A stretch of 64,000 bases of DNA from Mobula hypostoma (Eukaryota), in NCBI RefSeq assembly GCF_963921235.1, contig NC_086118.1:26166001-26230000 (forward strand), read 5' to 3'. Made by a program: the position numbers and the translations under genes. Each line of letters begins with the position of its first letter. Positions within the stretch are counted from its first letter, which is position 1. Below are positions 50,321-63,990 of this stretch, piece by piece. Under the pieces are notes generated by a model, which searched no databases, had not been told where the DNA came from, and saw nothing but the letters and a program-made list of their open reading frames with translations.

Positions 50321-52469
50321 CTGAAAAGTAAAGGAATATTCCAATGGGGTTACAAGCTTCAATAAATCTTGTTTTACTTCCTACAGAGCAGTATAGCTGT
50401 ATTGGAACATACAACACTGGAAGACCATTGCAGTCCTTAGATCCTTATACCATATCACATCAAACACAACTGTGTATTCCTCAGGCAGTCTCTTACCAAA
50501 TATGTAGTTCTCTTATATGTCCTTTAATTTTTCTTGTCAACCTATTTTATACCGGTATCAATCTCCATTAATTCAAAACTGTCCACACAATTCCTGTATT
50601 TGAATCTGCTGTCAAGAGTTTGCTATCTTGAATAACTATAATCTTAAATAGCTATAGCTTTGATTTGTCTTGTCTCCATGGTGATAGTTGTTAGTTCAGC
50701 CTGCATTTCCTCTGAGCTCAAAAATCAAGCCCCACATCAATGTATGCTCTTAAAGTAATCTTAGTACAGTAGAGATACCTGGATAAAAAATTACATTGGC
50801 TGCACCAAATGTCTCTTAACATACTCACTGGTTTGTATGTTTAACCTGTTATGGGACTGAAAAGCTATTCAACTGAATCCCAAATCGTTTCATCCAGTGT
50901 TAATTTGGGACTACATTTATTGTGACTACAAGTGCCTCTACAAAGCAAGAGTTATGGACCTGAATTCAAGATAATCTCATTTTACATTTCTGGATCTTGT
51001 GTAGGGAAATCAAGATGATAAAAATTTAAGAGGTCTCTTGGAACCATTAAACTCATGTGGGTATTAATGTCAGATCAGAATTTGTAACAGTGCTGTTAGA
51101 CCTATTGACTCTATGCAAGATTTTATGATCAGCAAGGAACTTTACTATTTTTACTTTTATCAGAAGCATTGTATTATTTTGCTTGGCAACGTTCCCACTA
51201 ACTCATATTCATAATGTGTCAGGATTGGTTCTTTCAGTTCGTGCATACTGCTCATTTACATTCTACCACATTTTAATAACATAAATCTGTAGATAAAAGA
51301 CCAAGGTTGATGCTACAGAAGGACGCAAGTAGATAGCTAAAGCAGCAATTCACTTGTTCTCCTTCAAATATAGTATACTGCCTTTGATGTTTATATCGTT
51401 GTTTCCTCTGCAATGAAGAAACCAAACAGACTGCATTTAGTCTGCAGGAATGACCCTGCTCTTCCTGTTGCTTGCCACTTTAATTTTCCCACTCACATTT
51501 TGATATACTTGTCCTTGAGCTTTGTACTGTAACAACAAGATCCACTTCAAGCTTCAGGAATAGCATCGCACCTTTCATCTGGACACATTTCAGTTTTCCA
51601 GAACCAACTTCAAGTTCTCCAAACTTAGTTAACTCGCTTTCTACATTTATATCAGAACAGGTCACTTTAGTTCAAGGTCATCAATCTGTGATGCTGGCTC
51701 AGTTTTTTCCCCTGGTAATCCAGTCTACCCTGCCCACATCAGCAGCCATGCGATACGAGCAACACAATAAAGTGCAATCACCCTCTAACTGCCCTCATTA
51801 ACTTATTTGACTGGATGACTCATTCCTACAGCAAACCAGGTCAATTCCGTTACCCTTTGTTTTTTTCGATACTTGACTATTCCTTGCATTTGCAAGCCAA
51901 CTCTTATGACCTACCTTGCATAAACAATGATCATCTAAAACTTTATGCCATGACCTAATTTATAATGTCCTATGTACCGATTATAGCTGGTGCAGAAGGT
52001 AGGCTCCGTGTACCTGCCTTCTGATCGCTGGTGGGATTTATCTTCTACTGGAGAGGGGAACCTGTATGGCCTGCCGCTATACCCAGAGGATGTTACCAAG
52101 GCTTTTCTGCGTTTACGGATACAGATATGGATTTGGACTATGGACTTTTTTTTCCCAGTGTTATAGTTTTTTACATTCTGCGTTTTCACCCATTCTTTTT
52201 CATTTTTTTTTGTGCAGGGGAAATGGATTTGGGGGAAAGGTATTCTTGTTGCGTTCCATGCGGGGGAGGGATGGTTGGGGGAATGATGATCATGTGCCTT
52301 TTTTTTTGTTTTGTCGCTATTTGGAGAAGAAGAATCTCAGAGTTGTATACTTTGATAATAAATGAGCCTTTGAAACTTTCAACCATGTTTCCATTCCATT
52401 GTTTTCGAATCTCCCCGTGGACTCCTTTGTCCTATCCATCCCTCCCACCACAGACAGGCCCTTCTAAAT

Positions 52470-54780
52470 ACCTTGTCCACATTAGCCATCATGGACCCAT
52501 CTATACTAATCCTGTTTACCAGCACCTGATCCCTGGCCTGTTATGACTTGGTGAGTCAAGTGTGAATCTTAAATGTTGAGAGAGACCCTGTCTCTTAGGC
52601 ACTGCATTCCAGGTTCCAACCACCCTACAGTTGTAAAAATTCCTCCTTTATCTAAACTTCTGAAAACGTTTTTCTTGGTTTAAAACTATATTCTCAGGCT
52701 ATAGTCCCCTCTGCAATGAGGAAGAGTTCTGATCTCACTACCTAAGCCCTAATAATACGTATCAATCATGTCCACTGCCCCCCACTCCACCTACTCCCTT
52801 CTCCAAATAAAGCAAACAATCTTAACCTATCTAGTCCCTCCTCATAACTGAGACACTCCATCCCAGGTTTCATCACGGTGAATCTCCTCTGCACCTTCTC
52901 CTAAGCCATCATGGCTTTTCTACACTGTGGTGATCAAAACTATTCATAATATTCCAGAGCAAAACATGCAAAGTGCTTGAGGAACTCAGCAATTCCGGCA
53001 GCATCTATGGAGACAGTCAACATTTCCAGCCAAGACCCTTCATCAGGACTGGAAAGGATATGGAAAGAAGTGAGGATAAGAAGGTGGGGGGAAGTGGAAG
53101 GAGTACAAGCTAGAAGGTGATAGGTGAAGCTGGGTGGATGGGTGAGTGAGCGATGTGAAGTAAGAAGCTGAGAGGTGATTGGAGGTCAAAGTAAAGAGCA
53201 GAGAAGAAAGAATCTGGTGGGAGAGGACAACGCAGTGGGAGAAAGGGAAGGAGCAGGAGTAACAGGACAAAATGATAAGCAGGTGAACAGCAGAGAAGAG
53301 AAGAAAAATTACCATAAACTGGAGAAATCAATGTTCATGCCATCAGGTTGGAAGTTACCCAGAATGCTCCTCCAACCTGAGAGTGGCCTCATTGTGGCAG
53401 TACAGGAGGCCATGGACCTACATGCCCAATGGGTTTGGAATTAAAATGGAAAATTTTGCCACTGGGAAATCTTGCTTTTTGCAGAATGAGGAAAGGAGGC
53501 ACTCGACAAAACAGTCCCCCAATCTATATAGAGGAGGCCGCATTGGGAGCACTATATAGAGACGACACCAACAGACCTGCAGGTGAAGCATTGCCTCACA
53601 TGGAAGGACTGTTTGGGACCCTGAATGTGGTGAGGGATTCCCAGGCATTTGTCCTTACCCCGTCTTCCCACAGCCTTAACAGGGATAAAGTTCCTGTCCT
53701 TACCTACCACCTCATGAGCCTCCGCATCTAACACATCATTCCCCATAACTTCTGCCATCTCCAAACGGATCTGACCACCAAAAACACATCTTTACCTCTC
53801 TCCGCCCCCCCCCCACTCTCCACTTTCTGCAGGGATCACTCTCTCCATGACTCTCTTGTCCATTCACCCCTCACACCAATCTCCCTTCTAGCACTTATCC
53901 CTGCAAGTGGAAGAAATGCTACACCTGCCCATTCACCTCCTCCCTCACCTCAGTTCAGGACCACAACAGTCCTACCAGGTGAGGCAACACTTCATCTGCG
54001 AATCTATTGGAGTCATCTACTATACCTGGTGTTCACAATGTAGCCTCTTCTACACCGGTGAGACCCCATGTAGATTGGGGGACTGATTTTTCAAACATCT
54101 TCGCTCCATGCACAGAATGCAGGACTTCCCAGTGGCCAACCATTTTAATCCCAATCCCCATTTCCACTCCGACATGTTGGTCCATGGCCTCATATTCCTT
54201 CTAGGTCGCTTCCAACCTGATGGTATGAACATTGATTTCCCCTTACAGTATTTTTTTCTCTTTTTTACCTTTTCTCCTCCACCTTCCCCCTTCGTCCATT
54301 CTCTTGCCTCTTCTCCTCACCTCCAACCTGATGGCACGAACATCAATTTCTCCAACTTCCAGTAATATTTCTCCCTCCCTCTTCTTCCTCTTTTCTTTCC
54401 AGTCCTGATGTTGTGTCTCAGCCTGAAACATCAACTGTTTGTTTATTTCAATACCTGCTGCTTCACCTGCTGAGTTCCTCCAGTATTTTGTTTGTGTTGC
54501 CCCTGGATTTCCAGCATCTGCAGAATCTCTTGTGTTCACAATATTCCAGCGGCTTCATCAAAGTTGTATAAAGCTGTACCTTAACTCTTATATTCTATGT
54601 CCTGACTATTGGTGGCTCGCATCCTGTATGTCTTTTTTACCACCTTACCTATCTGTGCTGCCACCTTCGGGAACTCTACCATTCATTGCGCATATGACAT
54701 TTCTGACCTACTAAAATGCAACACTTCTCAGTTATCAAGATTAAATTTTCTCTATCTTTACTTTGCCCTACTTACCTTCC
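52470..54780 (-). mobile_element. Old CR1 fragment split by the inverted PLE pair
   Basis: CR1 reverse-strand sequence stops at 52957 (..gatcaaaactattcataatattccag) and resumes at 54550 (cggcttcatcaaagttgtataaagctg). Confidence 0.65.
52958..54534. mobile_element. Inverted PLE pair: minus copy about 52958-53637, plus copy about 53638-54534
   Basis: Both arms homologous to 2318-3430 in opposite orientations; 15-bp TSD ttca(t/c)aatattccag. Confidence 0.82.
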
Positions 54781-54978
54781 CTGATACTTAAAGCTACCCT
54801 TTTAACCTCCCTGTTCTAGTTCTGACAAAGGATCTTTAACCTGAAGTCTTAACACTGTTTCTTTTCTCACATATACTTCCTGTACAGCATTTTCTGTTTC
54901 TATTTCAGACTTCCTGCGCCTACGTTTTTTTATTATTTTCAAAGCTTAGTTCTTCAATATCTGTAGCTTCTGACTTAC

Positions 54979-55056
54979 CTGTCTTTTGTCCTTTGGTCCC
55001 ACTCTAGGACAAGCTTTATATGCGGGGGCCCACCTGGACCACAAGAACGCAATGCC
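54979..55056 (-). CDS. USP43: USP43 coding exon (first recognised in window): (R)ALRSCGPGGPPHIKLVLEWDQRTKD(S)
   Basis: Acceptor ttattttaaag and donor gtaagt; 78 bp, phase 2/2; resembles the USP43/USP31 'GGPPHVKL.VEWD' segment; in frame with the next exon. Confidence 0.88.
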
Positions 55057-57984
55057 CTTTAAAATAACAAGAATTCATTGGAATTACTGACAGATCTTTC
55101 ATGTGTGGTTCTTATATAAAAACCACCAAAGCAAATTATTCTTCCACACACCAAATTAATACACGTTTTAAAAGAGTGCAACAAATACACAGCTGCCCCA
55201 TTGCCAGTCTCTCAAAGGTGCTATGCTTGAAAATAGATGTACACAGTAATATATGTTTGATATTAATGAATTCCTCTATGGAGTACTCTTGTGATAGCTT
55301 TCAATTAAAGCCTGATTGGGAAGGGTCCAAGGCTTCTCCCTTGTAAGACAACAGAACCAATCAGATGATTTCTTTCCTTTCACTGTAGATAATGCCTGCC
55401 TCATTCTCTGGCTTTACTTCCGGTTTTGAGCTTACATGAAAATAAACAAAACACGATCATCATCTTTTTGGTCAAGAAAAGGCTGGCCCTTCAAGTTGGT
55501 GCCTCAGATTTTTTTAGTTGCTTTTTTAGGTTAGAAGGGATAGTTTTGGTCTGGTTAGTGTTTAGGGACAGGGATGTGGAGGAATTAGAGGTCAGGCTGG
55601 AGTCTAAGTCTCCACTCCACATTCGGAGGTCAGTGACACAGCTGTCAGATATCAGTGGTCGTAGGTCAGACCAGTGAGGAACAAGGCTGTTGCCCCCTCC
55701 ACCCAGGTTAGCGAGTCGTTGGCAGATTGCAGTTCCGTGCAGCAGTAAGCACTAGGGCCAGTGACCCCCTAGTAAGCCAGTCAGTGAAACCAGAGTTCAA
55801 GCTCTAGTGTTTGAGGCCATCGTTCATCGTCATTGGCAAGTCCTCCGGTCAATACCAAAGATTTAAGCCTGAAGATTGATTGTAAGTCCATAAGTCTGTG
55901 GAAGCCTGGGTATGAGTGTCTCTGTGAGTTTGCTGAGGAAGTCAAAATGTCTGTGAATCCACAAGTCTCCTGGAGGCTGAAGATGGCCTAAGCTGGTGTC
56001 AGAGGGTGGAAGGAAGGAATGGGACTTGTTTTGCTGTTGTAGTTTCATTGCTTGCTGTGTTCTACGTTGTTCTACTGAGCATTGTGGGAATGCTGTTTTG
56101 GCACCGTTACGTGTGACAACACCTGTAGGCTGCCCCCATCATGTCGTTAGGTTGTGTTGGTTGATAACGTAAATGATGAATTTTGCTGTATGTTGCGATG
56201 TACTTGTGATAAATAAATGAATCTGAATCTGTTTTCCTTCAGCCACAGTAATTATCCAATTGTCAGTGGGTTACCTTGGAATGCTGCAAAACAGTTCTTG
56301 GTTTTGACTCAATTGCATTATCCAAGAACCACTTGGATCCACTTTTAGCTGCACTCACATTATATGGGTGTCATAGTGCAAAATTTAGTTTGGCATCACT
56401 GACACAAGGTAGCTGCGGATCTGACCAAACTTGAGCAAAAATAGGTTTTTTGAAAACTCACAGCTAATCTTGCATGAGTAGAAATGTACTTCACCTACAA
56501 ACTGACAGCTAGGGCGCATCTCCTGCACATAGCGGTTCAGTGCAGAACAACTATTTCTGGTCATACTTCCAGTTATCATCCTAAATAGAGTCTTTCATGT
56601 AATAAAATATCTCTGTGGCTTTAAAGATGCAACATAATTAGGAATGTAAGGAGGATTAGGAAGAATGGCTGAAAACAAAATTAAACCGGTGAATGTTGAG
56701 ATTACTGAGGACAATGACGTGTAGGGTACAATAGCTGAAAAGTCTTCATCATGAAGAGGAACGAAAAGAAGGCAACATTAGAAGGACAAAAAATGAGAAG
56801 ACCAACGGGCACACAAGTCCCGTGAAGTTGCCGAGTTAGACTGTCAATATGTCGGAGAGGAAAATTAGGACACCGAACTCCATAATAAATAAATAGGGCA
56901 CCAAATGAAATGTGGTAAGAACTTAGGTAGGTGAGGCAGTAGCCAGGCCAGGAATTTTGGATTATTTACAAAGCATATGGAAGAGTTCTGTGGCTGGCAA
57001 AGAGAGGATCAGCAGTAGCGAGAGTCAATGGCTAGCGGTGGATGTGATACTGGTGGAGGCCAGCAGATGCTGTTGGCAGCACGTAGATAGAGGCACTTGA
57101 AACTCACTTCAGTGTCAAGCAGCATCAAGTTTGTTCATGAGCCAAGAACTGAGGGAAAAGGCAACCTTGAATCATCTGGGTAAGGATCTGCCTGCAGAGA
57201 AAATATCACCAAGCTGAGAATTTACGCAAAATGCAACCCCAGGCAGCTGAATAAACATTCCTTGGCTACATTTGCAGCAGGTATACCAGAACATAGCAAA
57301 AGTGTGAAAATAAGATCAAGATTTTGAAAATGTTTGGCTTATAAAATGACTTGTGTACAGCTGAGAGGGAAAAAAGCTGTGCTATGTAATCATTTCAATT
57401 GAAGCAAATCCATTTACTGAACATCTCCCAGGTGAATCCAGTTGCAACTTTGTTGATAGTGAAACAGGTTACAATGAATTACATGGAGCTCTTGATCTGT
57501 TAGGAAGACGGGGGTGAGGAATGGCAAATGGCTTTCAGCTTTGATAAGTGTGAGATGTCGCATTGTGTACAGCTAAACCAGGGTAGGACCTATGCAGTGA
57601 AAGGAAGGATTGGACATTTCAAATGACCTGTTCCTAGCTTTTGATATGTAACTAATGGCATAGCTATTTACACTGCCTCCATTTCTGCCAAAAGTTCTGA
57701 CTTTAACCCCAATGCAGAACAAACAGTACATCCTGCTAGTTCATTACTTCACTTGCTATTTAGAGAAGCGTACTATTGACAACAGGAGACCTCACCAGAT
57801 CACTCCAAAATCCAAGGGATGTCCTACCACTAACAGCGAGTGCTTCCTCAATCTGGAGACTACCCTCTGAGATACGACTGCATGGGTGCCTCAGAAGTGA
57901 CACTTCTCTGAATGTGCCATTACCACCATGGATACCCATTCAGTAAGTCAGGGAATCAGAACAGGAAGCAAAGACATGTCCATA

Positions 57985-58620
57985 AGCCAAGTTTTTGCAC
58001 TTTGGCTTTCATAAATCAAGGTATCAAGTACAGAAAATGTGATGTAATGTTAAAGTTGTACAAGACTTTGGTGAAGCCTAATGTGGAGCATTGAGCGCAG
58101 TTTTAGTCATATACCTACAGGAAAGGTGTAAAAATAGTTCAAAGAATACAGAGAAAATTTACAAGGATGTTGCTTTGACTGGGGGACCTGTGTTATATAG
58201 AAAGAGTTAATAGGCTAGGACTTTATTTCTTGGAACGTAGATGATTGAGAGGAGATTTGATAGAGACATACAAAATTATGAGGGGTACAGAAAGGGTACA
58301 TGCAAGGAAGCTCTTTCCACTGAGGTTGGGTGGGACTACAACTAGAGATCGTGAGTTAAGGGTGAAAGGTAAAAAGTTTAAGGGGAACATTAGGGGAATC
58401 TTTTTCACTCAGAGGGTCATGAGAGTGTGGAACAAGCTGCCAGCACAAGTGGTGCATGCGAGCTCGATTTCAGCATTTAAGAGAGGTTTGGATGGGTACA
58501 TGGGGGTATGGAGGGCTATGGCCCTGATGCAGGTTGATGGGAGTAGACAGCTTAAATGGTTTGGCATGGACTAGATGGGCCAAAAGGCCTACTTCTGCTC
58601 TGTGCTTTTCTATGACTCTA
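57985..58620 (+). mobile_element. CR1 3' fragment
   Basis: VMLKLYKTLVKPNVEH; RGDLIETYKIMRG..FFTQRVMRVWNKLP; atgactcta tail. Confidence 0.85.
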
Positions 58621-60479
58621 CGCATGCTCTTCTCCCTTCAACCTGTCTAACCTGTATATAATTTGCTGAAATCTCTCTAAATCAGACTCACTACCCAGAA
58701 ACTTTTTTATAGTATACTTGGTCCCCTTAACCAGATCTCTGATATACCGTAGACTGTGAACGGCTGCAGCCCAGCATTGATATTGTAATGACCCAGAAGC
58801 CTTCCACTTAATTTTACTCATCATTTTCTTCCCACAAACTGATTTTTGTTTCACAGTATCATTATATTAGTCACAATAACTTTATCTTTTTACACCTTCT
58901 GAAAATGCAAACACACCATATCAGTGAATTCACCCTTACTTTTGCAAGTTACAAGATAAAAAAAACATCAAATTTCACTTTCATAAATCCATGCAGAATC
59001 TACTAAATCAATTTATTATTATTCAAGTAAACTGGTAACAATTTTTTAGTAATAGATTCCAGCACTTAATGATGTCAGAATAAATGGCTTATTATTTCCT
59101 TTTCTCTCTATAATCTACTATAACCAACTTGCACTTCATACCTTCATAGTTGGCTTTATTTTTGATTATGGCCTCAAGTTTTGGATTGAATTAAATCACC
59201 TTCAACCTGTATACAAGTTCTATTGTATGGGAATAACTCAGGAAATGTGTCGCCCAGGTGGTTGATGATTTGGATCAGTTGTTCTCCAATCTTGGCAATC
59301 CATTAGCAAATGCTTCATCACCATATGAGGAGACATCCTCAGTGCGCTGTTCACGTGTTGTGTTTCTTCCAAACGCTTGACTTTTATATCCTTATCAATC
59401 AGTTGATTGGTCATCATTATGGAAATTCAACTGTAGGGTGAGGGTCTTGTCACTGATTCGTTGTGTGGTGAACTGTATCTGGAATTTTGCGTGTATTTTG
59501 TTCTATTGTATTATTATCTATATTCCTTAATGACAAGAACTAACAATTTCTCATTACACAATGCTGGGACATGCAACCTCTTTGACCACCACCCACTATC
59601 AGGAAGGAGGTACCATGGCATTAGGACAAGAACTGTGAAGGATGGGAAATAGCTTCTTCCCCCAGGCCATGAGATTGCATGTATGAATCACGAGTGGTGT
59701 TATACTGTTTACTTTTTAAACTTGTGACATAAGTGCACCTTATTATTTGTTAATTTATTTGTAGTAATATTACTTTACGTGTTGTGTGTGATTTTTAAGT
59801 ATTGCGTTGTGCACCTTGGTCTGGAGGGACATTGTCTCATTTGGCGGTATACATGTATACAGTTGAAATGACAATAAACAACTTATACTTGATGTTCTCT
59901 CACTGACTCTCAATGCGAACACTATGTTGCGTATTCTCAATCAATGAACCCTTGCTGTTTACTGATACGAATTTGCTTTTTCCTGAATGTGCACATACAC
60001 CCCACCCAGACTGGAAAAATAATAACAGAAATAGAAGACATCAAGCTACCTTCACCTCCATGTGTCCGAGGTCCTTTGAAAAATGAGAAGTTGTTGGGAT
60101 AGAGAGAACTGAGGAGAAATTTGCTGATAGATAAATCATTAGTATGCAAATTAAAGGCAAAAGGGCCTGATCTCATTAGAAGCAGATGAAGCATGTGGCA
60201 TTTAAGGTAAAAGGCTGATGTAAAGGGTAGCAAGATCAGAAAGCTTCCTTTGGTTGGCCTCCCTACACCTGGCAATAAAAACAAAGAAACTAATTCCTCT
60301 CTGATGAAGCCATGTCATTTGTCACAACTATTGATAAGAAACATAAATGCGACGAATTTGAAAATTTACCGGTCGTACAATACCTCGAGGTATCCTGACG
60401 AGTTAATAAAGTCTTACAGAGATTCAAGATATTCTGATGAATTAAGAAGTCATTAGTCAAAATTCATCCTGCCTTCAAA

Positions 60480-61035
60480 AATCAAAATGCTGGAAATCTG
60501 AAACAGGAACAGAAATTACTGAAAACGATCAACAAGTTAAGTAGGCAGCATCTGTGGAAAGAGAAACAGTTAATGTACAGGTCCAGATCTGTTCATTAAG
60601 AAAGGGAGATAACAAGTTAGTTTAGGTAGCAGAGAAAGTGGGAGGAGATAGACAGAACAAAGGAAATATCTCTGACAGGCTAACACTGGATGACCTAATG
60701 TTACTAGTTGAGGTCAGGTTAAATTTCTTTATTTGTGTACTAGATTGACAATGGTAAAGCTCTTGGATGTGCCTCAGCAGGCTAGACTACACAAAGAGGG
60801 GGAAAACAAAGCGCCAAAACAATGGCAGACAGAAATGGCTAGTTCTGATGCAGAGAGAAAGAAGGAGTGAATTATCTGAAGTTGGAGAATTTGGCATTAA
60901 GTCATATTGGTTGCAATAAATCCAGAAGGAAGCTGAGGTATTGTTTTTTAAGTTGGTATTGGGTTTGTTATAACAGTTTCAGGAGGCTGCAGGCAGGAAG
61001 GGCAGATTGGGAGTGGGAAGTTGAATTAAGGTCTC
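60480..61035 (-). mobile_element. Highly decayed PLE 3' fragment
   Basis: aatgctggaaat..ggcagcatctgtggaaagagaaacagtta tail; gagtgggaagttgaattaag..gcaacaggaag resembles 2885-2925. Confidence 0.5.
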
Positions 61036-61677
61036 AAGCAACAGGAAGTATAATGACTTCTGAAGACTTCTTTAGTCTGGAGAAATGAAATGCAGGTTGG
61101 GAGATCACACTGGGGAACACCAGCACTCAGTTGAAGAACTGATCCTCAACCATTGTGTGAAAAATACCTGATTTCAAATGCATCGGTCTGACATAATTGC
61201 CCCTTTGCCAGTAGGTGGGGCTGAAGTGATTTATCAAGAAATCATCAGAAATCGCAGTATAACCAGCACAATAATCCTAGTGCCTGACCAATGGAAAGCA
61301 GTATAAAATATAAGCAACTAATTAAATTTCTATCCTACCGTGGACATATTTATTGTTGGAGAAATATAGAAATGATCTCCAGTTCACTGCAGGATTCATA
61401 AAAGTTAATTCGGTATGGAATTATATGCATGCATTTTATTAAAAATATTCACATACATAATATATCTGTGTGATAAAATGGGTAGGCAATATACCAAATA
61501 CACATAAAACAGCACAATATGTAAAATTTAACTGGTTAATCATACAAAGACTTACACTTCTATAAATGTAAAAGGAGATCTAAGCAGGTGTCAGGAAAGC
61601 AAGGTATTCAGACCCACTTCTATTCTCAGAGTCCTGTAAGTTCACTTCCTTCAAGTGCCTATAAATTTTCTTTTCAG

Positions 61678-63990
61678 AGAGAATCACGGAGCACAGCAGC
61701 GCAGAAATAGGTCCATCAGCCCATTTAGTCCATGCTGAACTATTAATCTGCCTACTCCCATCAACCTGCACTCAGACCATAGCCCTCCGTACGCCCTCTC
61801 ATCCACGTACCTATCCAAATTTATCTTAAATGTTGAAATTGAACTTGAAACCACCGCTTTCACTGTTAGCTTATTCAACACTCTCACCACTCTGTGAAGA
61901 AGTTCCGCCTCATGTTCCCATTAAACAGTTCGCCTTTCACCCTTAACCCATGATCTCTAGTTGCAGTCTCACCCAACCTCAGATATCCCTCATAATTGTG
62001 TAAATCTCCTATGCTCCAGGGAATGAAGTCCTAACCTTTCAACCTTTTCCTCTGACTCAGGTCCACAAATCCTGCCAACATCCTTGTATATTTTCTTTGC
62101 ACTCTTTCAATCTGATTGATATTTTTCTAGAAATGCACATAATACTCCAAATTAGGCCTCACCAACATCTTATCCAACTTCAACATAACATCCCATCTCC
62201 TGTACACAATACTTTGATTTGTGAAAGCCAATATGCCAAAAGCTTGCTTTATGACTCTATCTATTTTTGATGCCACTCCTCAGTACCCTACGCTCACCAT
62301 GTAAGTCCTACCTTGGTTTGTCCTCGCAAAGTGTAACATCTTACACTTGCCTGCATGAGGTGGAGAAGATGGCAGCGTGACGCAGCGCGTGCGGCCTCTC
62401 CAGTGAATGATATCTGTAATCTGTCAAGTAAAGTACCGTGCACAATCCTAATTTGATGGAGACAGACGTGAGAGTACGGAGGAACATCTGGAGAAATTTC
62501 TGAAATGCCCGCTTCGCTGCCGCTGCTACTGTGTGGTAACCCGAATCTCTGGAGCAGAAGGCCCTGAATCCTCGGCTTTGCTTGTTTCGGCAGCTGGGGC
62601 GAGGTCGAAGGCGCTCGGCAGAGGATGGCACTCAGGAGGCTGTATCGGAGGGGCTGGTCGGAAGCTCGAAGTTTTCGGACGGACGGACTCAGTGTCGGCT
62701 GTGGTCAGCTGCTTCCAATGCATTGGCAGTTGTCGGTGCCTGGAGGTTTATGGCAGGGAGTTTCTCCCTTTTGCCGCCTGCTATCGGGGACCCGGGAGTC
62801 GATCGGGACTTGAGACTTTTTTTCACTGTGCCCATGGTCTGTTCTTTATCAAATTATGGTATTGCTTTGCACTGCTGTAACTATATGTTATAATTATGTG
62901 GTTCTGTCAGTGTCAGTCTTTGGTTTGTCCTGTTTTTCTGTGACATCATTCTGGAGGAACATTGTATCATTTTTTAATGCATGTATGTATTTCTAAATGA
63001 CAATAAAAGAGGACTGAGTGTTCTCATAATCTAATTAAATTCCATCTGCCATTTTTCAGCCCATTTTTCCATCTGGTCCAGATACTACTCTACGCTTTGA
63101 TAGCCTTCCTTGCTGTCTACCACAACACAATCTTGGCATCATCCACAAATTTGCTGATCCAGTTCATTACATTATCATCCAGATCACTGAGATAGATGAC
63201 AAACAATACCAGACCCAGCACCAATCCCTGCAGAGTACCACTAGTCACAAGCCTCCAGTCAGAGAGGCAATAATCTACTACCACTCTCTGGCTTCTTTAG
63301 AATCTCAACCCTTGGACCAGACCTGTCCTTCGCCATTATTATCTTGAAACTAATGATCACTAGATGCATTGTGTTACCCCAAGAAAACTTCTGTCAACTG
63401 CCTTGTCTCATTTCCTAATAGGAGGTCTAGTTATTGTACTCCTTCTAGTTGAGACTTCCACGTATCGATTAAGGAAACTTTCTTGAACCTATTTGACAAA
63501 CTCTATCTCATCCAGCCCTTGTACAGTATGGGAGTCAAAATCAATGTGTAGTAAGTTAAATTTACAATCACAGCCTTATGTTTATTGCAATAGTCTGCAA
63601 TCCTTCTGCAAATTTGCTCCTCTAAATCCTGCTGACTATTGGGTGGTCTATAATTCCATTAATGTGGTCACCCCTTTCTTATTCCTCAGTTCTACTAATG
63701 TAGCCTCAGTAGACAAGCTCTTTTAGTCAGTCCTGTCTGAGCACTGCCATGACATTTTCCCTTGACCAGTAATGCCACACCTTCTCATTTAATCTCTCCT
63801 GCTCTATCATGTCTGAAACATTAGAACCTTGGAACAATCAGCTGCTGGTCTTGCCCCTCCTGCAACCAAATCTTACTAGTGGCTACAATGTATTAATTCA
63901 AAGAGCTGATCCGTGCCCTTTCCCACAATAATCCTTGCACTGAAATATACACTAAAACACTAGTTCCTCAAAACACTAGTCCCACCTGCT
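61678..63990 (-). mobile_element. Decayed CR1 LINE, interrupted at 62357-63035
   Basis: 3' UTR at 61680; 'tcatccacaaatttgct' (SKFVDD on the minus strand); endonuclease-region remnant towards 63900. Confidence 0.8.
62357..63035 (+). mobile_element. Non-coding GC-rich retroelement nested in CR1
   Basis: GGAGAAGATGGCAGCG head; AATAAA and ataatc tail; CR1 sequence is continuous across it. Confidence 0.78.

Noticed and set aside
60385..60451. Degenerate two-unit repeat containing CTGACGAG and CTGATGAA
   Set aside because: No stem II-GAAA-NUH follows, so it is not a hammerhead; probably a local duplication.
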